Part shown: positions 38,688 through 48,273 of the stretch, piece by piece
How the letters are laid out: every line of letters begins with the position of its first letter
Numbering within the stretch: position 1 is the stretch's first letter
NCBI GenBank assembly: GCA_964011675.1
Contig: CAXGPR010000004.1
Location: forward strand, 7,901 to 71,900
Source of the DNA: an uncultured bacterium
Lineage (GTDB): Bacteria > Latescibacterota > UBA2968 > UBA8231
Direction: 5' to 3'
DNA length: 64,000 nt
Notes under the pieces: generated by a model
What the model was told of the DNA's origin: nothing
The model's database searches: none
The model's input: only the letters and a program-made list of their open reading frames with translations
Program-made: the position numbers and the translations under genes

Positions 38688-39500
38688 GTGACGGTTGCCA
38701 TTCAGGGAGAGCTCGGCTCTAATAGTGCGCAGGCCGCCATGCTGCATTTTGGCGAAGATGTAGATCTGTGCACCTGCACTAATTTCACCCAGCTTTTCCA
38801 AGCAGTCAGCCAAGGCCGTGCAGACTACGCCATGGCTCCAGTAGAAAACTCACTGGCGGGTAGTATTCACGAGGTATGGGATCTGCTATTTGAACAAGAG
38901 CCGCATGTTCTGGGTGAATACTACTTTCACGTCAAGCACTTTCTTATTGGCCACTCCGGCAGTCGTGCTACTGAAATCAAACAGGCAGCATCGCATGCTC
39001 AAGCGCTGGCTCAGTGCGCCGTATATTTGCAAAAAATGAATATCCGTGCAATTGAAGAATACGACACAGCCGGCGCCGTTGCGCTGGTGAAAAAACGAGA
39101 AAATTGGCACGAAGCGGCCATTGCTCCCGCCGCTGCTGCGCAGTTATACGATATGGAAATACTGGCTGAAAATATCCAGACAGATGAGCGTAACTTCACG
39201 CGCTTCTTCATCCTCTCCCAAGAACCTGCTCCGACTCAACGAAATCGGCATACGTTGAAGAATACGCTTATTTTTGATATGGAAAACTGCGCCAGTCAAC
39301 TTGACTCTTTGCTTAGAACGCTGAGCGAATACCCGCTCATCAAAGTCGAAACGAGCAAGCGACAGGATCTTCCCTGGGTCTATCGCTGTTACCTAGAGTG
39401 CGTGGGAGATATAGGACGAGACACGTTAAAAACTGTGCGCGCTCAGGTAGGAAACCTCTGTCACCTAACACCCTATTCAATCGGCGAGCATCCCACATAA
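38688..39500 (+). CDS. pheA: Prephenate dehydratase (PDT domain plus ACT domain)
   Basis: PDT-domain N-terminus (VAIQGELGSNSAQAA), a conserved TRF motif (ERNFTRFFIL) and a C-terminal ACT. A GTG start lies 8 nt after the thyA stop. Confidence 0.8.
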   Translation: MTVAIQGELGSNSAQAAMLHFGEDVDLCTCTNFTQLFQAVSQGRADYAMAPVENSLAGSIHEVWDLLFEQEPHVLGEYYFHVKHFLIGHSGSRATEIKQAASHAQALAQCAVYLQKMNIRAIEEYDTAGAVALVKKRENWHEAAIAPAAAAQLYDMEILAENIQTDERNFTRFFILSQEPAPTQRNRHTLKNTLIFDMENCASQLDSLLRTLSEYPLIKVETSKRQDLPWVYRCYLECVGDIGRDTLKTVRAQVGNLCHLTPYSIGEHPT

Positions 39501-39503
39501 GAA

Positions 39504-39872
39504 TCAATCGTCCATCAAGTTGCGCATCTCCGGCCCCTGTTTATCTATAACCCAAGCGCCCATTCGACCATCTCCGTTTAGGTCAGCACGCACGACGAAC
39601 CAAAATTTCTCCTCGTCAATACGCACCTCCCAATCGTACTGATCTATCCAAGGCCAATCTAGCCCCTCGCGCGGATCGGTCGGATCAAAGTAGCGACCGT
39701 GTGCTCCGTAATGGGCAATTTCCAACCAGTAAAGCTGTTCGAGACCTCCCTCTAAGGCAATATAGCGTTCCTGTTCTAGCGAAAGCTGAGAAAAATGCCA
39801 TATTCCCAATACGCTCAGTGCCGCAACGATAAGCACAATCTCAGTCCACAGACCGACGCGTTTTGACACCAT
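39504..39872 (-). CDS. Hypothetical protein with an N-terminal TM anchor (122 aa)
   Basis: Last ORF of the long minus-strand topA...hslU operon. No family recognised. Confidence 0.4.
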   Translation of the reverse strand: MVSKRVGLWTEIVLIVAALSVLGIWHFSQLSLEQERYIALEGGLEQLYWLEIAHYGAHGRYFDPTDPREGLDWPWIDQYDWEVRIDEEKFWFVVRADLNGDGRMGAWVIDKQGPEMRNLMDD

Positions 39873-41441
39873 TTACCTGAACTCCAACCTGAGGTCTACT
39901 ACTGCATCATCAGCAGCAAGTTCAATCGACGCGCCGTAGTGTGTAATAGCCTCCGGACGAATAAAGGGGAAAAGCGTTCCAGCATCCCATTTTCCATCTC
40001 CATTCAAATCGTCGAAACTCCACAATTGATATGTATCTGCGGGCAATCCATCCACTACAAAATCGCCTTCAGGCGAACAACGCACCGCATAATCACGCCC
40101 CATCTGCTCTGCGCGTAGTCGAACTTCGGCGACTCCTTGCACGCCCAAAACCCGACCCGCAACAGAAGCCCGAGCCTCTACAACAGAGAACACAACCGCC
40201 AATGTGCTATCTGCAAGAGCCAAACCCGCTCGATCAGTCCAATCACTTCCTTTTAGAATGCAACTCCACGAGCCAACTTCCCACAGACTGTCTGGCATAA
40301 ATTCAACGTGCGTGGGCGACAGCCAGCGCCAAGCACCCTGCGGCGCTAGCGTCGAATCGCCACCGACCCATTGCATCCCTTGAACGTCCGCGCGCATAGC
40401 TTCACTAAAGCGCATCTTTAGTGGGTCATTGGCCGTAAGTATCGCGGACTCCAGACCAATCCATTCAGGAGGCTTTGTATCGCGTCGTCCGCTTCCACGC
40501 AGCGATTCTGACCAAGCGAGAACGCGCCCTCCTAAAACAACACGATCGACGTCATAGGTCTTCCCTGCCTCTTGTTGCGCCGTCACAGCATACACTTTAC
40601 GCGCGTCGTCGGTCGCATACAGGAGCTCAACAGATAAATCGTGTATGCGCAATTCAAGCGCATCAATATTGACGGGTTCGGAAAAGAGCAATAGCAACGC
40701 GCCTGAGTGGAGTGATTGTATACGCTCCAAGGTTGCTCCACCTGTCTGCCTGCGCACTAATTCCAAGTTACCCGCCAAACCCAGTGTATCTCTAACAACC
40801 ACATCGCGCGCCGGCAATCCGACCCACTCGTCGGAATTGGGAAGACTGTCCTTATTATCATCGACAAAAGCCAAGAGTTGATATCGCCCAGAGGCCAGTC
40901 GCAAAAATCCGTATTGGCCGTCCACGCCGCTTTGCGTCTGGTACGCTGGTTTTTCGCGGCCAACCTGCCCACTAAAGTTACTCAGATCATAGGCCCATAT
41001 ATGCGCACCGCGCAGCGGGGCCTGTCTCTGATAGACGCGTCCCCGTAGCGCTCCTTGATCTAGGCGCGCACCGGTGGCAAACGCGAGCGAGAAAGACTGC
41101 TCTAATGCGTTGTTACGCAGGTCGCGCGCACCCGTGCCAACCGTTACGACATAAGTGCGGTCGGGACGCAGACCGAGGTCTATGCGCAACGTGCGACCAC
41201 GCCACCGAAATCCGAGCGAATCACTTGGCGAAATAAAGATAGCTTCCTCGGTACGTCTGCGATCCATCGGCTCACTAAATACGATTTCTACGTAACGCTC
41301 CAACGACACGTTGAGTTGATCAACATCAGGACTGTGCGAAAGAATCTGAGGAGGCGTATCGTCTACTGCCCCCCCCTGCGGAGGCCCCACTTTGGCGCAG
41401 GCACAGCACAGACAGAGGATCGAAAAACATAGGAAACGCAT
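39873..41441 (-). CDS. Lipoprotein with Ig-like (SbsA/BIG-type) domains
   Basis: A lipobox-like signal peptide (MRFLCFSILCLCCACAK). An Ig-like domain opening (PPQILSHSPDVDQLNVSLERYVEIVFSEPMD). Its start shares a nucleotide with the hslU stop. Confidence 0.5.
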   Translation of the reverse strand: MRFLCFSILCLCCACAKVGPPQGGAVDDTPPQILSHSPDVDQLNVSLERYVEIVFSEPMDRRRTEEAIFISPSDSLGFRWRGRTLRIDLGLRPDRTYVVTVGTGARDLRNNALEQSFSLAFATGARLDQGALRGRVYQRQAPLRGAHIWAYDLSNFSGQVGREKPAYQTQSGVDGQYGFLRLASGRYQLLAFVDDNKDSLPNSDEWVGLPARDVVVRDTLGLAGNLELVRRQTGGATLERIQSLHSGALLLLFSEPVNIDALELRIHDLSVELLYATDDARKVYAVTAQQEAGKTYDVDRVVLGGRVLAWSESLRGSGRRDTKPPEWIGLESAILTANDPLKMRFSEAMRADVQGMQWVGGDSTLAPQGAWRWLSPTHVEFMPDSLWEVGSWSCILKGSDWTDRAGLALADSTLAVVFSVVEARASVAGRVLGVQGVAEVRLRAEQMGRDYAVRCSPEGDFVVDGLPADTYQLWSFDDLNGDGKWDAGTLFPFIRPEAITHYGASIELAADDAVVDLRLEFR

Positions 41442-42733
41442 CAGAGCACGTAGCGGCTCAGGTCCTCTCCTTCGAGGTATTTCCCGAGCTTTTCGGATAC
41501 GTAACAGTTGGTAACGTGGATTCTTTTTTTTGGCACTGCAGGCGCGTTAAAGAGCACGTCTTCAAGCAGCGTGGACAACACGGAGCGAAGACGCCTAGCG
41601 CCAATATTCTCGCTCGCCATATTGGCTTCATACGCACAGCGAGCTACAGCGCGTATGGCATCAGGCGAAAACCGCAGTCCCACCCCATCGGCAGCCAGTA
41701 ACGCTACATACTGACTGATTAGCGCGCCACGCGGCTCCGTCAAAATACGGCATAGTTCTTCTTCACCGAGCGCACTCAACTCAACGCGGATCGGAAAACG
41801 TCCCTGTAACTCGGGTGCCAGTTCAGAAAAACGGACCGCGTGAAATGCACCAGCAGCCACAAAAAGAATATGATCAGTATGCACAGTGCCATAGCGCGTA
41901 GAAACGGCGGCTCCCTCCACGATTGGCAAGAGATCGCGCTGAACGCCTTCACGCGAGACTTCTGCGCCGCCGCGATTCACGTCTGCACTCGCAATCTTAT
42001 CAATCTCGTCAATAAAAACAATACCCGTTGTTTCAACTCGCTTTAGCGCTTCAGATACCACTTCAGCCATGTCTATAAGCTGTTCGGTTTCTTCCGCCAT
42101 AAACTGGCGACGCGCTTCGCTCACAGAAATACTACGACGGCGGCTCTCTTGCCCAACGAGTCCCGTGAGCGCCTCCTGTATACTGCGCCCCATCTCTTCG
42201 CTGGCCATGGGACCCAAAACTTCTACGACAGGCGGACGATCGCGCTGCTCTACTTCTACGACAAGATCGTCTAATTCTCCACGACGCAGCTTCTGCATGG
42301 TCTCCCTGCGCGTCCCGCTAGGAGACAGCACTAAATCTAACAGGCGTTTGTCGACGCGACGCTTGGCTTCTTTCTCCACCACGACAGCTCGCTCCTCGCG
42401 CACCATCTGAACGCTTTGCTCCGCTAGGTCGCGCACTATACTCTCTACGTCGCGTCCAACGTAGCCCACCTCTGTAAACTTAGAGGCCTCAACCTTGACA
42501 AAGGGAGCTGCACAGAGTTCCGCCAAACGACGGGCAATTTCCGTCTTGCCGACGCCCGTAGGACCGATCATCAGAATGTTGTTGGGAACGATCTCTTGCC
42601 GCATCGGCTCTTCCACCTGTATCCGACGCCAGCGGTTGCGCAGGGCAATGGCAACCGCCCGCTTAGCCTCTTTCTGCCCGACGATATAACGGTCCAATCG
42701 GGTGACGATCTGACGAGGCGTTAAATCACGCAT
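41441..42733 (-). CDS. hslU: ATP-dependent protease ATPase subunit HslU
   Basis: QIVTRLDRYIVGQKEAKRAVAIALRNRWRR, Walker A GPTGVGKT, and an I-domain insertion. Length 430 aa. Confidence 0.9.
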   Translation of the reverse strand: MRDLTPRQIVTRLDRYIVGQKEAKRAVAIALRNRWRRIQVEEPMRQEIVPNNILMIGPTGVGKTEIARRLAELCAAPFVKVEASKFTEVGYVGRDVESIVRDLAEQSVQMVREERAVVVEKEAKRRVDKRLLDLVLSPSGTRRETMQKLRRGELDDLVVEVEQRDRPPVVEVLGPMASEEMGRSIQEALTGLVGQESRRRSISVSEARRQFMAEETEQLIDMAEVVSEALKRVETTGIVFIDEIDKIASADVNRGGAEVSREGVQRDLLPIVEGAAVSTRYGTVHTDHILFVAAGAFHAVRFSELAPELQGRFPIRVELSALGEEELCRILTEPRGALISQYVALLAADGVGLRFSPDAIRAVARCAYEANMASENIGARRLRSVLSTLLEDVLFNAPAVPKKRIHVTNCYVSEKLGKYLEGEDLSRYVL

Positions 42734-43263
42734 TACAGTTCCACCAGACTAATCTGTGCATTGGTGTAAATACAAATTTCGGCGGCAATTTCCAACGAGC
42801 GCTTTACGATTTGCCGCGCGCCTATCCTAGATCCGTCCACATAGGCCCGTGCAGCAGCCAGCGCGAAAGGAGCGCCCGAGCCCACCGCCAAAATCTCATC
42901 ATCCGGTGCCAACAAGTCACCCTCGCCCGAAATAAAGAGCGAACGAGACGCATCCATAGCGACAATCATAGCCTCCAATCGACGCAGATAGCGATCGGTG
43001 CGCCAGTCACGAGAAAGTTCGTGGGCCGCGCGCTCTAAGTTCCCATTAAACTGCTCCAAATGACCCTCTAACTGATCAAGCAGCGCCAGCGCATCGGCCG
43101 TAGCACCAGAAAATCCCACCAGCACGGAATCACCGTACAGTTTGCGTACTTTACAGGTTCGATGTTTGAGTACAATATCTCCTATCGTGACCTGCCCATC
43201 GCTGCCCATGACAACCCGATTCCCCATGCGCAAACCCAACACCGTCGTCGCATGCCGTTCCAT
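42733..43263 (-). CDS. hslV: ATP-dependent protease subunit HslV, with a five-residue N-terminal pro-sequence before the catalytic Thr
   Basis: The HslV fold pattern (TTVLGLRMGNRVVMGSDGQVTIG). The ATG at 43263 gives MERHA-TTV... Confidence 0.85.
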   Translation of the reverse strand: MERHATTVLGLRMGNRVVMGSDGQVTIGDIVLKHRTCKVRKLYGDSVLVGFSGATADALALLDQLEGHLEQFNGNLERAAHELSRDWRTDRYLRRLEAMIVAMDASRSLFISGEGDLLAPDDEILAVGSGAPFALAAARAYVDGSRIGARQIVKRSLEIAAEICIYTNAQISLVEL

Positions 43264-43274
43264 AGCAAACCCCT

Positions 43275-44222
43275 CTATTCGTTGCGCGGATGCGCCTTCG
43301 CATAAACGTGCCGTAGGCGCTCCAATGTTGGCTCAGCATAAGCCTGCGTAGAGACTACAGTCGCATGGCCAAGCATTTCTTTTACAGAAGCGAGATCGGC
43401 GCCAGCGTGCAGGAGATGTGCGGCAAAGCTGTGCCTGAGTAAGTGCGGGCTAAGAGACTCACCGTCGACAACGCGGTGCAAATAGCTATGCACTATGCGC
43501 TGTATGGAACGACGACTAAAGCGTCGACCGCGCCCGTTGAGAAAAAGGGCGCCGGCATCTACCAAGGTAATGTCGAGCTCTATCAGAACTTCCGCTCGGC
43601 GCTGGATATACGTTTTGAGCGCGTCAAGCGCTAGGCTGCCAATAGGAACGGTCCGCTCTTTTCTTCCCTTATGCCCCAAGCGCAACAGCCCCTCATCCAA
43701 GTCGATCGCACCTAGATTCAACTGGACGAGCTCTCCCAGACGCACACCTCCTCCGTAAAAAACTTCGAGAATGGCACGGTCTCGCGCACCACTAAACGTG
43801 TCCGTCGCCGGTAACTCAATTGCTTCTTCTATCTTTTCCAAGGGAAGCTGTGGCCTGGGGCGCTGCTCTACTTCGGGTGTAGCCACGCCGTGAGCTGGAC
43901 TGGCCACCAGAACACCTTCACGACATAGGAAGCGGAAAAACGTGCGTAAAGTGGTCAACTTGCGTGCCACGGTGCTATTTTTCATGCCGCGCATGTGCAA
44001 ATCTTCTGCAAAATCGCCAACGGTAGATCGCTCGACTAGTTTTGCGGGTAGCGATGCATCAGCCATGCGCGGATAGAGAAAACGAGCAAACTGCTGCAGG
44101 TCACAGCGATAGGATTCCAACGTATACGCAGCGTAGTTGCGCTCAACACGCAAATACTCGAGGAAGTGGCGAATGCCCTCTTCAACGCCAGAATCTCTGT
44201 GTAGAGAAGCAGGCATAGTCAA
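43275..44222 (-). CDS. xerC: Tyrosine recombinase XerC/XerD family (site-specific recombinase at the dif site)
   Basis: A C-terminal catalytic R...HxxR...Y block (HLLRHSFAAHLL...GHATVVSTQAYA). The conserved context is topA-xerC-hslV-hslU. Confidence 0.8.
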   Translation of the reverse strand: MTMPASLHRDSGVEEGIRHFLEYLRVERNYAAYTLESYRCDLQQFARFLYPRMADASLPAKLVERSTVGDFAEDLHMRGMKNSTVARKLTTLRTFFRFLCREGVLVASPAHGVATPEVEQRPRPQLPLEKIEEAIELPATDTFSGARDRAILEVFYGGGVRLGELVQLNLGAIDLDEGLLRLGHKGRKERTVPIGSLALDALKTYIQRRAEVLIELDITLVDAGALFLNGRGRRFSRRSIQRIVHSYLHRVVDGESLSPHLLRHSFAAHLLHAGADLASVKEMLGHATVVSTQAYAEPTLERLRHVYAKAHPRNE

Positions 44223-44250
44223 CGGACTCAGCGATGCTCAGACAAAGTAA

Positions 44251-46497
44251 TCAAGCCGCCTGAGCACTCTCGCCCTCTTCGCGCTGTGTTCCGCAGACCT
44301 TGCAGTGCAGAGAAGAAGCGCCGCCTCGGCTTGTCTTTTCGTAGAGCAAACCCGCGCCACAGTGCTCGCACGCCTGCTCGACTGGCTTTTCCCAGCTCGC
44401 AAACTTGCAGGAGGGATACTGATCGCAGCCGTAAAACACCTTCCCCTTGCGCGACTGTTTTTCGACTACTTTGCCTCCGCAATCGTCTTCCGGGCAGGAC
44501 ATACCCAAGTAAAAAGGTTTGACGTTGCGGCATTCGGGATAGGAACTGCAGGCAAGAAAGCGCCCGTATTTACCCGTTTTGACGACCATAGGCGACTGAC
44601 ATTGGTCACATACTTCGTCTGTTTCAACTTGTTCCTGCTCTTCGAGCGGCTTGGTATTCTTGCATTCGGGATACCCAGGACAGGCAAGAAAACGGCCATT
44701 CCGACCCCATTTCACAACCATCATGCGGCCACATTCTTCGCACTCAATATCTGATTCTTCCTGCAGTGCCTGCTTCAGTTCCTTACGACGCTCGTTGGCC
44801 TCTTTCAAATGGTCTTTCCACGAGGCATAAAACTGACCTACCGTGTCGACCCAATTGTCTTGTCCTTCTTCAATTCGGTCGAGTTTATCCTCCATATCGG
44901 CGGTGAAGCTCACGTTAAAAATGTGCGGAAACGTCTCCACCAATAGCTTATTGACCGTATGTCCACGCTCGGTTGCAAGAAAATAGCGATTGTCGACCTT
45001 CTCTACGTATTCGCGGTCTTGAATCGTCGTTATGATCTGCGCATAGGTGGAAGGGCGCCCTATGCCCTGCGCCTCCAACTCTTTGACTAACGAAGCTTCC
45101 GTATAACGCGGTGGGTGCTTGGTGAAATGCTGTTCGGGCATTAGCTCGTTCAGCGCGAGTACTTGTTCTGCCGCGATGTCGTCTGGAACTGACCCCACCG
45201 TACCATCGCCATCGCCGTCACCGTCACCGTCTTTAATTGGGCTGTATAGCACGGTAAACCCATCAAACTTGACGATATTACCCGTGGCTCGCAGCACGTA
45301 GGGACCAGCATTGACATTCACCGTAGTGATACTGAGGACCTGTGGCTTCATCTGCGAAGCGACAAAGCGCTTCCAGATCAGCTCATACACTCGAGATTGA
45401 TCCTGCGATAAAAGGTGTTTTATCCTGTCTGGATGAAGCGCCACGGACGTCGGTCGTATCGCTTCATGCGCGTCCTGTGCACTGTTCTTTGTCTTGTATG
45501 CATTTGGAGAATCAGGCACGTAATTGGGACCGTGAAGCTGCCCGATCTGTTCGCGCACTTCATTGATCGCATCGTCGGACACGCGCACGGAGTCGGTGCG
45601 CATATAGGTGATCAACCCACGCGTTTCCCCTTCAACCTCTATCCCTTCATATAGCTGTTGGGCAACGGCCATTGTGCGCTTAACGGAAAAGCGCAGGCGG
45701 CGAGCGCATTCCTGCTGCAGCGTGCTCGTCGTAAAGGGGGGCGAAGGGCGCCGGGACTGATCTCTCTTTTTTACCTCTCCAACTACAAAGCGCTGCGCCC
45801 GCAATTCAGCAACAATTTTCTCTGCCTCTTCACCGCTTACAATTTCGGGCTTCTCGCCGTCTCTCAGATGCAATTTTGCCTTAAAGGGAACGGTGCCTTC
45901 GCGCCCAATAAAGGCCTCGATAGACCAGTATTCTTGAGGCTCAAACGCGAGAATCTCATTATCCCGCTCGCATATGATGCGCAGTGCAACGGACTGCACA
46001 CGACCGGCTGATAGACCCGAGTGAATTACCTTCCACAGCAGCGGGCTTATTTCGTATCCCACGAGACGATCTAACACGCGACGGGCCTGCTGTGCGTCAA
46101 TTTTTTCCAGATCTAACGCACTTGACATCTCCAGCGATTCACGCACCGCTTTGGGGGTTATCTCGTTAAATAAAATGCGTTTGATCTCTGCATCTTTGCG
46201 TGCGATAGAGTGAGCCACATGCCAGGCAATCGCCTCCCCTTCACGATCGGGGTCTGTCGCCAAATAGATCGCATCGGCATTCTGAGCAGCCTTGCGCAAC
46301 TCGGTGAGGACTTTGCCCTTCCCACGAATCGTTACATATCGCGGCTTGAAATTGTCCTCCACGTCAATACCCAACTCTTTGGGCGGCAGGTCGCGCACGT
46401 GTCCCATGCAAGATTTCACTACGAAATCGCTGCCCAGTATCTTGTTGATCGTTTTAGCCTTGGCCGGTGATTCGACCACCACCAGTGACTTACCCAT
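44251..46497 (-). CDS. topA: DNA topoisomerase I with C-terminal zinc-ribbon repeats
   Basis: A Toprim N-terminus (MGKSLVVVESPAKAKTINKILG), the active-site Tyr region, and multiple Cx2C...Cx2C zinc ribbons at the C-terminus. Confidence 0.9.
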   Translation of the reverse strand: MGKSLVVVESPAKAKTINKILGSDFVVKSCMGHVRDLPPKELGIDVEDNFKPRYVTIRGKGKVLTELRKAAQNADAIYLATDPDREGEAIAWHVAHSIARKDAEIKRILFNEITPKAVRESLEMSSALDLEKIDAQQARRVLDRLVGYEISPLLWKVIHSGLSAGRVQSVALRIICERDNEILAFEPQEYWSIEAFIGREGTVPFKAKLHLRDGEKPEIVSGEEAEKIVAELRAQRFVVGEVKKRDQSRRPSPPFTTSTLQQECARRLRFSVKRTMAVAQQLYEGIEVEGETRGLITYMRTDSVRVSDDAINEVREQIGQLHGPNYVPDSPNAYKTKNSAQDAHEAIRPTSVALHPDRIKHLLSQDQSRVYELIWKRFVASQMKPQVLSITTVNVNAGPYVLRATGNIVKFDGFTVLYSPIKDGDGDGDGDGTVGSVPDDIAAEQVLALNELMPEQHFTKHPPRYTEASLVKELEAQGIGRPSTYAQIITTIQDREYVEKVDNRYFLATERGHTVNKLLVETFPHIFNVSFTADMEDKLDRIEEGQDNWVDTVGQFYASWKDHLKEANERRKELKQALQEESDIECEECGRMMVVKWGRNGRFLACPGYPECKNTKPLEEQEQVETDEVCDQCQSPMVVKTGKYGRFLACSSYPECRNVKPFYLGMSCPEDDCGGKVVEKQSRKGKVFYGCDQYPSCKFASWEKPVEQACEHCGAGLLYEKTSRGGASSLHCKVCGTQREEGESAQAA
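45202..45231 (-). repeat. Perfect hexanucleotide-type microsatellite (GAY-GGY)5 inside topA, encoding (DG)5
   Basis: Read on the plus strand: accatcgccatcgccgtcaccgtcaccgtc. The protein reads KDGDGDGDGDGTV. Confidence 0.8.
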
Positions 46498-46660
46498 GCA
46501 ATCTCCCGGAGACTCCTTGATGTAGGTCTAATATATTATAGTGTTTATGTAATTAATTTTTATCAATATATAAACGATACCAAACAATAGCAACCACACT
46601 TGACAAAGCACCCGAGGCTTATTTTCGTAGTCTGTCCGACCAATTGACAAAGGGCATACT

Positions 46661-47422
46661 GTGATCCACAGAAAAAGTATGGAGCAAATCGAACACATTC
46701 GCACCTGTGGTCAGATCGTTTTTGCCGTTCAACAAAAGCTTGAAGCCCTTATCAAACCCGGTATCACGACAAATCATTTAGACTCCGTTGCAGAGGCCGC
46801 CATTATAGCAACCGGCGCCCGACCAGCTTTTAAGGGCTACCACGGATTTCCCGCCAGTATTTGTGCATCGGTAAACGCCTCAATCGTTCACGGATTCCCT
46901 ACCGAAGTCCCCTTAGCAGAGGGCGATATCGTCAGCATCGATGTCGGGGTAGAGCTCGGCGGATATTTCGCCGACGGCGCGTTCACCATCGGCGTTGGTT
47001 CCATCAGCAGCGATGCATCCGACCTAATCGCCGTCACCCATCGCTGCTTAGAGTTGGGAATCGAACACATGCGCGTAGACGGACGCATAGGAGATATCTC
47101 ACACGCCATTCAGACCCACGCCGAAGCGGCAGGCTACTCAATCGTCCGCGAGTATGGCGGCCACGGCATCGGACGAGAACTACACGAGTCGCCACACATA
47201 AACAATTATGGCCAAGCCGGCAAGGGCCCGCGACTCAAAGTCGGTCACGTGTTTTGTATAGAACCGATTATAAGCATGAAAAACCCCGAAATTGAACATG
47301 CCGACGACGGCTGGACGGTTTATACGCGCGACCGTTCGCTGACGGCTCATTCTGAGCACACCGTCGCTCTGACCGAAGACGGACCGCAAATTCTCACTCT
47401 CCCGCCAGCCGTAACCACATGA
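46661..47422 (+). CDS. map: Methionine aminopeptidase, type I
   Basis: The MetAP-I fold with metal ligands (D...D...H...E...E). The start is either the GTG at 46661 or the ATG at 46679. Confidence 0.85.
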   Translation: MIHRKSMEQIEHIRTCGQIVFAVQQKLEALIKPGITTNHLDSVAEAAIIATGARPAFKGYHGFPASICASVNASIVHGFPTEVPLAEGDIVSIDVGVELGGYFADGAFTIGVGSISSDASDLIAVTHRCLELGIEHMRVDGRIGDISHAIQTHAEAAGYSIVREYGGHGIGRELHESPHINNYGQAGKGPRLKVGHVFCIEPIISMKNPEIEHADDGWTVYTRDRSLTAHSEHTVALTEDGPQILTLPPAVTT

Positions 47423-48180
47423 AAGTCACATTCCTGGGCACGGGAACTTCCGTAGGCGTACCTCGCATTGGATGCACCTGTCCGGTATGCACTTCACAGG
47501 ACAGTAAAAACAAGCGGCTCCGCTGTGCACTGCACATCGAGCACGGCGGACACTCTATCCTTGTCGACACAGGCCCAGACTTACGCACGCAAGCCCTAAC
47601 TCATGCGGTCAACCGCGTAGACGCCGTGCTCTTTACGCACGGACACGCCGACCATCTGTATGGTTTGGATGACGTACGTAGCTTCTGTTTTGAACGCGAG
47701 GATCCTCTCCCGTGCTACGCGGACGCGCGGACCATAGAACGCATAGAGCGCGTCTTTGACTACGCGTTTGATACCAATGCGCCCAGCGCTACCCCGCAAA
47801 TAGAGCTCAAGGAAATTAAGGGAGACTTCGAGCTATTCGACCTGTCTATTCAGCCGATTTACGTATATCACGGCAGGCTACCCGTACTAGCATTTCGGGT
47901 TGGCGATTTTGCCTATGTGACAGACACAAACCGCATCCCAGCCGAGGGTGTAGAACGCTTGCAACAGCTCGACGTTCTCGTGCTAGACGCACTGCGTCAC
48001 AAGGCGCATCCGACGCACTTTAACCTTTCACAAGCGCTGGAAGTTATAGAGCAACTACAACCTCGACAAGCTTACTTGACGCATATAGCGCACGACCTCG
48101 AACACCATGCGACCAACGCAGATCTGCCCCCCGGTGTCGAATTGGCCTACGACGGTCTCACTTTAGATCTCAATACGTAA
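47419..48180 (+). CDS. MBL-fold metallo-hydrolase (PhnP-like)
   Basis: HxHxDH (FTHGHADHLYG) and an N-terminal CxxC pair. An ATGA overlap with map. Confidence 0.7.
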   Translation: MKVTFLGTGTSVGVPRIGCTCPVCTSQDSKNKRLRCALHIEHGGHSILVDTGPDLRTQALTHAVNRVDAVLFTHGHADHLYGLDDVRSFCFEREDPLPCYADARTIERIERVFDYAFDTNAPSATPQIELKEIKGDFELFDLSIQPIYVYHGRLPVLAFRVGDFAYVTDTNRIPAEGVERLQQLDVLVLDALRHKAHPTHFNLSQALEVIEQLQPRQAYLTHIAHDLEHHATNADLPPGVELAYDGLTLDLNT

Positions 48181-48213
48181 CCGGTCAAAACGTAGGACGC
48201 AAATCAAACAAAA

Positions 48214-48250
48214 AGAGGCACTGCTTGTATTTGCGGCGCCTCTTTTTGTT
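48214..48250. terminator. Bidirectional intrinsic terminator between the convergent MBL-hydrolase and nrdJ genes
   Basis: An 11-bp stem (AGAGGCACTGC/GCGGCGCCTCT, one mismatch and one wobble), loop TTGTATTT, an A-tract upstream and TTTTTGTTT downstream. Confidence 0.65.
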
Positions 48251-48273
48251 TATCTACATTGGGTATTTTTATG

